This document shows, piece by piece, positions 1-11,711 of a DNA stretch of 64,000 nt. Below the pieces are notes generated by a model that saw only the letters and a list, made by a program, of their open reading frames with translations, made no database searches and was not told where the DNA came from. The number at the start of each line of letters is the position of its first letter. Position 1 is the first letter of the stretch. The stretch lies in contig NC_043012.1 in the NCBI RefSeq assembly GCF_006345805.1, positions 35,464,001-35,528,000 on the forward strand, given 5' to 3'. The translations under genes were made by a program, and so were the position numbers. The DNA is from Octopus sinensis. Its lineage: Eukaryota.

Positions 1-389
1 AGATCGTTTGCCAACATAACATGGCAGTCCTGGTTTAGGACAAATGTTGCTGTAATTTAGCCCCAGGAGACATCGTCTCCAGCTGGTTATATGACATGAT
101 CTGTGTCCTTATATTTTCAAACAAGGGAATCTAGCACCCCCACTCAGCTCAAAACAATATCTGTGTATCGCGATTTCCAAGTTACTCTGTGCTAATGAAA
201 GGAAATAACCCGGAAATCACGATTCCCGGATATTGTTTTGAGCTGAGTGGGGGTGCTAGATTCCTTTGTTTGAAAATATAAGGACACAGATCATGTCATA
301 TAACCAGCTGGAGACGATGTCTCCTGGGGCTAAATTACAGCAACATTAGTCCTAAACCAAGACTGCCATGTTATGTTGGCAAACAATCT
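1..389. repeat. Foldback / long inverted repeat (arms about 1-161 and 229-389)
   Basis: Left arm AGATCGTTTGCCAACATAAC...CAAAACAATATC is the reverse complement of GATATTGTTTTG...GTTATGTTGGCAAACAATCT with only a few mismatches. The left arm may extend beyond the window. Confidence 0.93.
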
Positions 390-842
390 CTGAACTTTCT
401 CCATCCTCTTCTTATTCTAATAACTATACTTTCAGAACATTCTCCTTCACTGCTAATTAGGTCTCTTAGGGAACCTCCTGGACATTTGAGAAAATCTATT
501 TTCTGTATGTCTTTAGCATGAATTACTCCTGTGTGTCTCCCACATCCAAAGACTGCTTCTCTCTGTTAAGCTTCCTGTGATTCCATTGTATCTCTTGTGT
601 GTCCATAGTTTGCACTGAATATGGAACTCGGAGTTCCCAGTGCTAGCTATGGACACACGAGATATAGTGGGATCACAGGAAGGTTACTTACACACACAGA
701 GAGATCAGTGTCCTTGTGTGTGTGGTCAGTGTTTGAAAGAATGTGGTCAGGGTCATTGGAGTCAGAAATGTTTGTAGTTGTGATGTGTGTGTGATTGTGA
801 AATATTCGTGGCTGTTGTGAGGTGTGTTTCTTGTTGACTTTT

Positions 843-1177
843 CATCAACATCGTTTAACGTCCGCTTTCTATGCTAGCACGGGTTGGACGGTTCGACTGG
901 GGTCTGGGAAGCCAGGAGGCTGCACCAGGCCCAGTCAGATCTGGCAGTGTTTCTACAGCTGGATGCCCTTCCTCACGCCAACCACTCCATGAGTGTAGTG
1001 GGTGCTTTTTACGTGCCACCAGCACAGGTGCCAGGCGAGGCTGGCAACGGCCACGATCGGATGGTGCTTTTTATGTGCCACTGGCACGGAGGCCAGTCGA
1101 GGCGGCGCTGGCAACTGCCACGTTCGGATGGTTCTTTTACGTGCCACCGGCACAGGTATCACAACTACAATTTCCAT
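843..1177 (-). mobile_element. SINE/LINE-tail family with (GAT)n 3' end and modular gtgccggtggcacgtaaaaagcacc units
   Basis: Many copies. Sense at about 1721-1910, 3985-4115, 6020-6300, 18665-18990, 50510-50752. Antisense at about 25230-25455, 36795-37060, 47695-48100, 55710-55935, 61141-61450. It produces the recurrent spurious ORFs MLARVG.../[13 protein letters not shown]. Confidence 0.85.
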
Positions 1178-1289
1178 TGATTTTTTATCGATTTTGATTA
1201 CTTTTTGATAACTTTTGAATATGTATTTGAAATGTATTTCATGTGGTCATGAAATGTGAGTTCAAAATGGTTGCTGTTATCTGTTCCAG

Positions 1290-1446
1290 TTGAATGTCCA
1301 TCAAAGGATCCTGTTGACAGGGACACCAGTCCAGAATAATCTCCAAGAACTATTTTCCTTGTTAAATTTTGTCTCTGAACTCATATTTCCCATGAAACTG
1401 AAGAATTATTTTGTTGAGAAATTTCAAACGCAAACCGACAAAAAAG
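1290..1446 (+). CDS. CHD1L: CHD1L exon (helicase motif III, LLTGTP)
   Basis: ttccag|TTG ... AAAG|gtaaac; [29 protein letters not shown]; phase 0 to 1. Confidence 0.93.
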
Positions 1447-4400
1447 GTAAACCCTTATCTACCTTATCTATCCATATCCATTTGTCTGTTTATCTTGCTA
1501 GCTATATTGACCCATCCATCTGCACACACACACACACACACAGTGCCAATCATTTGAAGTGGATGGAACTTGTGCAAGGGGGAGACCAGGAAGTCATGGG
1601 ACAAAATATTGAAGGCTAATCTCAGACACTGAGCCTTAGAAAAGAGATGGCTGACGACAAACATGTCCGGTGCATTGTTGTACTCAAGAAGATGTGTCCG
1701 TCATAGCAGAATTGGTACCAGTGCTGGTGCCACATTAAAAGCACCCTGTATGCTCAATAGAGTGGCTGGCATTAGGAAGGGCATCCAAATGTAGAAACAA
1801 TGCCAGAACAGATGATGGAACCTGGTGCAGCCCCTCACCTTACCGGCTTCAGTCAAACCATCCAACCCATGCCAGCTTGGAAAACAGACTTTAAATCACG
1901 ATGATGATGTGGTGATGAAGAAGCCGCCGCCACCCTGAAATCACTTAGTAGCTTCTGCCATTTAAAGAAAATCAAATACGCATATGCTCCTGTTTTCACT
2001 TCTATTCCCCCCCCCCCATCCTTAGTTGAATCAATTTTAGTTTCTGATTCAATAACATGGACGTTTCTAGTTCCCATGAAGAAAACTCTAAAATGCTACA
2101 TGCACCAGAATGCTCCATATTGTTCTCAATATCTCTTGGCATCAACACAAAATGATCCTAGAGCTTTATTAAAATGCATCCCCTATATCAGAGAGGGACA
2201 ATGTGAAAGCACAGGCTGGCAGTTATTGGTCACTGCTGGTGTCACTTCTGTGGAAAATTTTTTATGGTAAACTGGGGAGATTTAGATCAACAAAGAACTC
2301 CTTAAATTAATTATTCAGAATGTAAAGAACGAGAATATTGCAAAGTATTTTGTCCAATGTTCTGACAATTCTTGTATTCTTCTTCTTTATCCATTCTCAT
2401 TTACCAAAGTACTGGCCCCTTAAAACATCAACAAAAAAGCCAGACTGAAATTTTACCTGGTAATATGACCTGCTAGAAATAACTGGTGATGTCCTTCAGA
2501 TTAACCCTTACTGTCTTCAACAAAGAAAAGACCTAAGATACTTTATGTCCGTGTACCCCTAAACAAACAATGGCAAGGTTATAGCTTGAATGTCTTTCAA
2601 TCATAGAATAACAGCAACGACCCCTATAAAAATATAAACTGAAATAAACCCCTTCATGAAATTCCTTGTTTGATTTTTCAGCCACGTCTGAGTTGCATCA
2701 GATATTGAAACCATTCCTGCTGCGCCGGGTGAAGGAATCCGTCCTTGACCTCCCCAACAAATCTGAAGTTGTTCTCTTTCATGGACTCTCGGCATTACAG
2801 AAGAAACTCTACAAAGCCATTCTCACCAAGGATCACAGTAAGGGGCTGTTTTTTGTCTTGATTTGAGGTTTGGAGAGGCTGCTTGTCTATCTGGTTCCTT
2901 ACCAGTCTGTCTGTCTGTTTAACTGATGGTATGCCTGCCTGCCTGTCTGTCTGTGTTACAGTCTATGCGCATCAACTCATAGGACACCAGGATTGGCTAG
3001 GTACCATAACTTTGAGTTCGTAGTGAGGTAAAAACAACTGCAAGGTGTTGTGTTGGTAGTGTACTGCAGGTAATTATGCATATATATATGTGTGTGTGTG
3101 TATAGATAGATAGATACGAAATCCAACTTATTCATTATGTTGGTTGTTGGTTAAATCATTATCAAGGTTTTTACCTTTCTTGTTTTACCTGTTTAAAATT
3201 TTACCTGAAGACTAGAATTTTGTTGTGATATGATCTATGAATATATACAATTCTTCCAAAACAGAAGTAGTAAATTTGAAACCCTATTTGTGTTCTTTAT
3301 ATATATACATATATGCCTTTGATGTCTGTGTGCAAACAGCTATGCTGCATGGCAGTGGAGTATGGGTTAAAACAGCATGCATGTTCAACAGAGTATAAGC
3401 ATCTTGAGAGAAAAGTTAGGCATAGGAGGCATCAGATGTGGTGTGCAAGAGAGACGACTGCACTGGTATGGTCATGTGCTGCGTATGGACGAGGACAGCT
3501 GTGTAAAGAAGTGCTGATCATTAACTGTAAGAGGGAACCTGTGGTAGAAGTAGACCCAGGAAGACATGAGACGAGGTGGTGAGGCATGATCTTTGAACTA
3601 TGAACCTCACAGAGGCAATGACTAGTGACTGAGACCTTTGGTGATATGCTCTGCTTAAGAGGACCCTTCAAGCCAAGTGCACCCATGCTGTTAGCATGTA
3701 AAAAGTCAACCTTTGAACGTTGAGCCTCACAGAGGCAAAGTGGTTGAATTCCTTTTGAGCATTGGACTTCGTGGAGGCATAGTGGCTGAGTTTGTTTCAA
3801 GTATTGGGCCTGACGGAGGTAAAATGGCCAAGTTCCTTTTGAGTGTTGGGCTTCATACAGGCAAATAGCCGAGTTCCTTTCAAGTGTTGGGCCTCATGGA
3901 GGCAAACAGCCGAGTTCCTTTCGAGTGTTGGACCTTATGGAGGCAATAACCAAGACCTTTGGAATTATTGGAGTAGTTGACATTAGGAAGGGCATCCAGT
4001 GGCAGAAAACCATGCCAAATCAGAGTGGAGTCTGGTGCCACCTTCCAGCGTGCCAGCCCAGTCAAACTGTCCAACCCATGCTAGCATGGACATTAAATGA
4101 TGATGATGATGATGATGTAGCACAAACATGGCTGTGTAGTAAGAAGTTTTGTTTCCAACCATATAGTGTGTGGCCACCTCCCCAGTTTTCTATGTATGTC
4201 TACCTATCTACCTGTACATCTTTGTTTGTCTACCTCTATGATGGTCTGTCACTCTCTCTCCCTCTGTCTGACAAACCCCCTATTGTCCTTCTCCTTCACA
4301 AATACACTAAAATCTGCCTGTTTTATTTCCCTATTTGCAGTGGCATTCCTCAACAGCAGCTGTGCAACTGGTGATCGCAGCCAACACAACATGATGAATA

Positions 4401-7400
4401 TTTTTATACAGCTTCGCAAATGTGTTAACCATCCTTACTTGTTTGATGGTGAGTGTATATATATATATAACGTTACTCTGACATTTCTTCTTTTCTCTCC
4501 CCCTCTCTCTCTCCTTTTTTCTTCTTCCTCTCTTTCTATTCCTTCCTTAACTGTTTGCTGAAGTCACATGATTGAACTTGATCCCTTCCAACCAAAATGA
4601 CAGGATGGGGGTCAGGTCTGGTATTCTAAAGGAAGCATGTCCCAAGGTCAGCATACTTAATTCTATCTCACCTCAGTCCACCTGGCTGTTAAGAATACAA
4701 ACTGGGATTGCTACCTTTTATAATTGCTAAAATGTTGACCCTTAGACAAGATACACCACTCTATACAGATACCAAACTTACCTAACACCATCAGTATTAT
4801 GATAACAAGAGTCTTAAACCTTAGACAAGACACACCACTCTACATATAGATACATCAACATATCGTAGGTGCAGGCAGAGTCCTGTAATAAGAGGTTTGC
4901 TTCCCAATCATGTGATTCTAAGTTCAGTCCCACTGTGTGGCACTTTGGGTAAGTGTCTTCTGTTGTCTCAGGCCAAGCAAAGCCTTGTGAGTGGATTTGC
5001 TAGATGGGAAACTAAAAGAAGCCTGTCGTGTATATAATGTGTGTTTGTCTCTCACCACCACTTGACAGCTGGTGTTAGTGTTTACATTCTCATAACTTAG
5101 CAGTTCAGCAAAAGAGACCAATAAGTACAAGGCTTAAAATAATGAAGCGCTGGGGTTGATTCATTAGACTAAGATTCTTCAAAGCAGTGCTCCAGCATGG
5201 CCACAGTCAAATGACTGAAACAAATAAAAGCCTAAAAGAATATCTAGGCCCTGCAACACAAAGACCTTCCCATTTAGTTGATGTTATGAGAACTTCAGAC
5301 CCTGACCATGTCGATGATCTCACCCTCGCAGCTTCTTAATTGTGCCATGTGCCAAGACTTGTTAACAACCCTTCAGAATGGTGCCACCAGAGTCAGTCTG
5401 TTTCTCAGTGCCGTGCAGTGGCTGTCAATGAGAATGTAAGCTGCCAACCAGTTGGTTCCTGCAGTGGCCCACAACTCGAACAAGTCAGTGACCTCAGTCA
5501 AGTACCTTGCGTTTAACAATGAGAGAGATTTCCTGTCTCACAATAAACAAGCCGGAGTGTTTGCTACAAGTTTCCGAGCGTCTGGCAATTATTTCAAAAT
5601 CAACAAGCCTAGCCTTCTTCAATGAATTTATCAAGAACATTTTTCTGTATGGAGCCTACAATCTGGATTGGGAAGAAGGAGCTTCCAGATCACTTTGATT
5701 GTGTGTTTAACTCTTTCAATACCAACCCGGCGGAAACCACCTCTGGCTCTGTAGTACGAACGTCTTGTTTCCAAAAGTTCTGAATTAAAATCTTCCACCA
5801 AACCTTAGTCTCAGTTTATGTTCCTAACACCAGCTTAATGATAACAAAGTTATTTTACTAAATTCTTTGTTGTATTTAAAATTGATTGAAAGAAACACAA
5901 AAGAGAATAACGAAAGGGTTAACATCTGTAGACAACAATTCAAGATTTAAAATTAATTGAAAGAAACAGAGCATCTCAACAGAAATATGGTAACAAAAGG
6001 GTTCATGGGGGTTCGAAATATTGCAAGGTACGCCTCGACTGGCCTCCGTGCTGGTGACACGTAAAAAGCACCAACCGATCGTGGTCGTTGCCAGCCTCAC
6101 CTGGCACCTGTGCCTGTGGCACGTAAAAAGCACCCACTACACTCACTGAGTGGTTGGCATTAGGAAGGGCATTCAGCTGTAGAAACCTTGCAAGATCAGA
6201 CTGGAGCCTGGTGCAGCCTTCTGGCTTCCCAGACCCCAGTCGAACCGTCCAACCCATGCTAGCATGGAAAACGGACGTTAAACGATGATGATGATGATGA
6301 GCACAAGACTAAAAGAAGAGATTTATTGACACATTCCACTCAACCCTACTACTACTATTCACTACAGGGTAGGTTTCGTATAATTCTACTCCCTAATAAA
6401 GGATGAAGACCAGTGAACTTGAAATTGAGGATCTGATGGGGGACAGACATTCTTGGAGTGGTATGGGTAAATGCATTTCGGTTGTGATTGCTCCAAGAAG
6501 AAATGTAGCGCCATCAGTGTTACAATGTCTCAATTACTAAACCTTAGACAGAAGGCACCCCCCCCACTCTACATATAAATATATGAGCATATCTAATTCC
6601 ATCTGTATTGTGATATCTAGGCATTTAAGGCTTAGGCAAGACACACCACTCTATATAACTACATCAACAATATCTGACGTCAATTAAGACAGTGAGCTGG
6701 CAGAAACGTTAGTACGCCAGGCAAAATCTTAGTGGTATTTCGTCCGTCTTTACGTTCTGAGGTCGATAAATTAAGTACCAGTTGTGTACTGGGGTCGATG
6801 TAATCGACTGGCTCCCTCCCCCCAAATTTCAGGCCTTGTGCCTAGAGTAGAACAGAATATCTGAAGTCAACAACATTATTATTATTACTGAAGTGTACCT
6901 TAGACAAGACACTCCATTTTATATGAATTCATTTAACACTTCTGAAACTAACCTGTCCTAAACCATTCTTGGTTCTATGATTCAAACCTGATGTTTTAAA
7001 ATGATTTTAGCTAAAGTTTTCCATCAAAATTTCATTTTAAGTTCACGTTCCAAATCCTAGCTTAGTTTATTTCACTAAATTCTTTGTTCTTTTCAAAATG
7101 AATAAAAAGTTGGTTTACTTCAACAGAAATTTGGTAACCTAGGGATTGAAATTACAAAATAGCTTTGTACTTTGCTGGATTAAAAATATTGGATCATCAG
7201 TTCTGTGGAATTCTGAAAGAGACGATCCAATTAATTATTTTCAATTGACAAATTCTTTAGGTATTGAAGAGGAACCATTTGAAATTGGAGAGCATCTGGT
7301 TAATGCTAGCGGCAAGTTGGAGCTAATTGATCAGTTACTGCAACATCTGAAGAATGCTGGACATAAAGTGTTGATGTTTTCGCAGATGACACGCATGCTG

Positions 7401-9563
7401 GACATCCTGCAGGATTATCTCACTTACAGAGGTAAAACAATTTCTCTAAAATACAGTGTATTGTGTGTGTGGATTTATGTTTGCGTGTTTGTGGAGTGAA
7501 TGCATATATATGTGTGTGTATATGTATGTATGCCTATATGTATGTTTTACTTTGAGTTTTTGTTCTGTTGGTGTAGGCATTATCATTCTGCCATTATTAT
7601 TCTTTCCAATGTTGCACCAGCACATATTTACCTTGTTTGTAGTTGAAACCTGTCTTTCAAAATGAATTTGTTCTGGTATCTGCAACAAGATGTCACCACA
7701 TCTGTTTTGTTGCTTAGTTATTTTGTAGTCTTCTACACAGCACAACATGTCCCAGTACCACTTAAGTAAGGAGTGGCACTCAACTTCTATTTTTCTTGCC
7801 TCCCTTAAATTCCAAATGTACTTTGAGATGATGCATTTTTTCCATAAATGTTGTGAAATGAGTGTTTATGTTGTGAATATCTGACTTTAAACATCCTAGC
7901 TGTTACTCTGTAGTTTTTGTTGGATTCATCCCCCATCTCTTTTAGTAGTGTTATTTTGTAGATTACTTCAGTTTTTAGGCAATTTTCACTTAACAAACAT
8001 TGCTTTGATCTGTTGCAGTTCTCATCAATATCATTTTACATCTGCTTTCCATGCTGGATAGCCAGGATTGATCATCACAAAACAAGTCAGTTTCTGTTTG
8101 AAGTTATTGCCTTTCCTAAGAGTGTTTGGCGAATCATACCTTGCTTGTATGTTTCAGTTTAGCACTGTGTTTATGGCTAGATACCTTCCCTGCCACCAAC
8201 TACTCATCAGCATGCACCAGTTCATTGTATTGAGTGTCTGGCTATGATTTTGGCTTGGAGACCATGTTTTTGGTTTCATTTATAGTGATAGTTGACTTTG
8301 TTGTTGTTACTGTTGAATAGCTTGCCGTCTCTACAGTCAGATAGGTTTTTATAGACGTTTGTTTGCACATCAGTGTGTGTGTGTGTGTGTGTATGCTTAT
8401 ACTGAGGAGGTTAGATGTCTGCTTGAAGCAGTCGCAACCAAGATGCATTCCACCATGCTGTGCCAGAAATCTCTGTCTCCTGTAAAAGGTACATAATATA
8501 TGTGTATGTATATTATGTTTGTATATTGGTGCAAGTGTGACTTTGTGGTAAGAAGTTTACTTTTGAATCACATTGTTCCAGGTTCAGACCCACTGCATGG
8601 CACCTTGGGCAAGTGTCTTTTATTATAGCCTCAGGCTGACCAAATCCTTTTAAGTGGATTTGATAGACAGAAACTGAAAGAAGTCCATTGTGTGCGCGCG
8701 CGCGTGTGTCTCCGCTGCTTGACAACCAGTGTTGGTGTGTTTACATCCCCATGGCTTAGCAGTTCAGCAACAGGGACTGATAGAATAAGTACCAGGTTTA
8801 CAAGAGCAAAAAGAATCAGTCCTGGGCTCAATTCATTCAACTAAAAAATTCTTCAAGGTAATGCCCCAGCATGGCCGCAGTTTAATGACTGGAACAAGTA
8901 AACGATAAAAGCCGAAAGGATGCTATTATGTACTGCAAACCATATCTAGATTTTTAGCCATGACCAAACCTTGTCTTCTTGGACAAATAAGGTCTCAGCC
9001 AGATTAGTTTCAAATCCTTTATTGGGATTTCATTGGTAACTGAGTCCCCTCTTTAATTGTTTGCACAGCTCCTGCTTATGTCAGAGGGGGACCCCCTGTG
9101 ACTAAAGGTTAATTGAGTCTGATAATTACGACTTATTATCATTCATTGAGGTTGTCTTACATGAGAGAAAATTTTGTTCAGCAGCAACACTGATAGGTTT
9201 CTCCTTTGCCAAGAGGGAGCTGGCAGAAACGTTAGCACGCCGGGCGAAAATGCTTAGCGGAATTTCAGCTGTCTTTACATTCTAAGTTCAAATTCCGCCA
9301 AGGTTGACTTTGCCTTTCATCCTTTCGGGGTCGATAAATTAAGTACCAGTTACGCACTGGGATCGATGTAATCGACTTGATCCGTTTGTCTGTCCTCGTT
9401 TGTCCCCTTTGTGTTTAACCCCTTGTGGGTAGTAAAGAAATAGGTATTCTCCTTTGCCAGAAAAACCATCTCTCTCTCCCTCCTTCCTCTCTGTCTCTCC
9501 CTCTTACCTCTTTCTCTCTCTCTCCCTCCTACCTCTTTCTCTCTCTCTCCCTCCTACCTCTTT

Positions 9564-9602
<39 letters not shown>

Positions 9603-10013
9603 GGGTCAGTTCTCAGACAAGGGGCGTTATATTGTACCCCTATCACATCATGTCACAGAGACACTGTGTTTGTGCCTATTAAAGTACCTCTCTGACTTGT
9701 ACTTTATAGAAGTGTTTTAATGTACTTATTATACACACCAGTACATCGTACCTGTGTGCGTGCCTAAAAGTAGCTCTTGTATTTTTATAGTACACTTGTG
9801 GATATAAAATGACTTGTATACACCATATGTCACCTAGATATACACTCAAAATATTATATTTTATTGTCACTTGACTAAAATAGCTTAATTATTGTCATAC
9901 TAACACACTTACATACACGCACTTCTCACACATAAACACACACCTCCTAAACACTCACACATATATCCATATAGACACTATACATACATAGACAAGCTGT
10001 CTACACATGTACA

Positions 10014-10052
<39 letters not shown>

Positions 10053-10140
10053 TATATACACCTCCTACACAATCACTTCATATAGAAACATGCGCATATA
10101 TATACCTATGTCTATGCACACATACATATGTACTTATATA

Positions 10141-10201
<61 letters not shown>

Positions 10202-10718
10202 AAATATATACACACACACATGCATACCTACTCTCACATCCAAGACACCTGCTCTGTACACACACCTCTTAGATAACCAATTAATCTGACACACACACAT
10301 ACTTCCGCAAAACCTGATACATATATATACATATTTATATATATGTGTGTGTGTGTGTGTGGTTTTATATATATATATAATATCACTATATATCTATTCA
10401 TTCATCATCATCATATATATATATATATATATACACACACATACTTATATATGTATGTGTCTTGTTTTTGTTCCCAACTATGACCCTCCATAAATCCCAA
10501 ATTTTATTTTCATACTTATGGGAGCAACTGTCTTCGAAGACTCATAGTTCAATGCTCAGAATGAGGAGTAGATGGACAGCCGACAACTGATGAAGGGTCG
10601 TTCTTTATGTTACTTGTCCTGTTTTCTATTTGTTTCTCTCGTTGTTTGCATATTGAACTCAATTTGTTTTCATATTTCATGTTGTTTACTGTTGGTGACG
10701 TCCTGTACCCATATGTGC

Positions 10719-10753
<35 letters not shown>

Positions 10754-11660
10754 CTTATCTTTCCATGCACTCTATAATCATGCCATATATAAATGTGTGT
10801 GTATACACACACACACAAAGTCTCATTTGATCAACTTTCCAGTTGGTTGCAGCCTGTTTCATTAGGTTTTAATTGATGTTGTTGTTGTTGTTGTTGCCTT
10901 TGTTTAGCTCCAAATCTGGGGCACATCAATACTCAGACATTCCAGCTCCAATCGCCCTGTTTTTTTAGACTTCTGCCTCAGACTACAGTACTCAATATAC
11001 CCTTAACATTTTTGAAGATAGTAAAATATGACTTGAGGGTGATTTGACTGTTGTTTCTAGCATATCAAGCTACCATGTAGAGGTTCCCTGGTTGGTTTTG
11101 TTTCTCTTGTTGTTGTTGTTGTTTATCAGTTTTGATAACAGTTTCTGCTGGATCCACAGATGTTCCAAATGTGTCACACACGAATACTTTTCAGTGTTTT
11201 GGAAGTTGATCAATGAAGTCTGGATTTAGGGCAGCAGATGAGTGGGGGTCGTTAAAGCTCTGCATGAGACATCTTGTGTGTGCTGTATTCTGAGTTCAAA
11301 TCTCACCATAGTCTACTTGTTTGGTATTCTTAATCCATCACCCAGCCAAACACCACCACCCGGTCCCTGGGTACCTTTAGCAGAATCCATTCCGCTGCAA
11401 GCATTTGGACCGGGTCTTCTTTTTCTGGATGCCTTTTTCCCCTCCCTCCTTCCTACAAGTGTCAGAGACCCTTTAATAAGGTCGTGAATGAATCCCTTTC
11501 TCACTTGGTGTAACCCAGCTACAGCCATTTTGAGAGTTTTGATGCTCAAAAGTTTCTGTTTGTGTTTCTGTCGCAATGGCTTTGTCGGTTCCACTCAAGA
11601 TTCAATGACATACTTTGATGAAACGTTCTTCAGTTATACACTGGCCTTGCAGCTGTTAAC

Positions 11661-11711
<51 letters not shown>

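Noticed and set aside
871-1208. ORFs of the MLARVG.../[13 protein letters not shown] type (also near 6003, 18723, 25150, 36822, 47676, 55787, 61159)
   Set aside because: They are translations of a dispersed SINE/LINE-tail family, recurring on both strands with no splice or domain support.
390-1289. Search for the upstream CHD1L exon with the DEAH box, including an AG...GTATGT segment near 470-514
   Set aside because: Translation (GTSWTFEKIYF) does not resemble CHD1L; the DEAH exon is not in the window.
9217-9300. tRNA-like A/B-box heads (also near 17191, 40090, 51058)
   Set aside because: No complete cloverleaf, and each continues into a SINE body. These are not tRNA genes.
10007-10865. YI/CV-rich ORFs (also near 62167 and 62526)
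   Set aside because: They are translations of (TA)n and (TG)n microsatellites.
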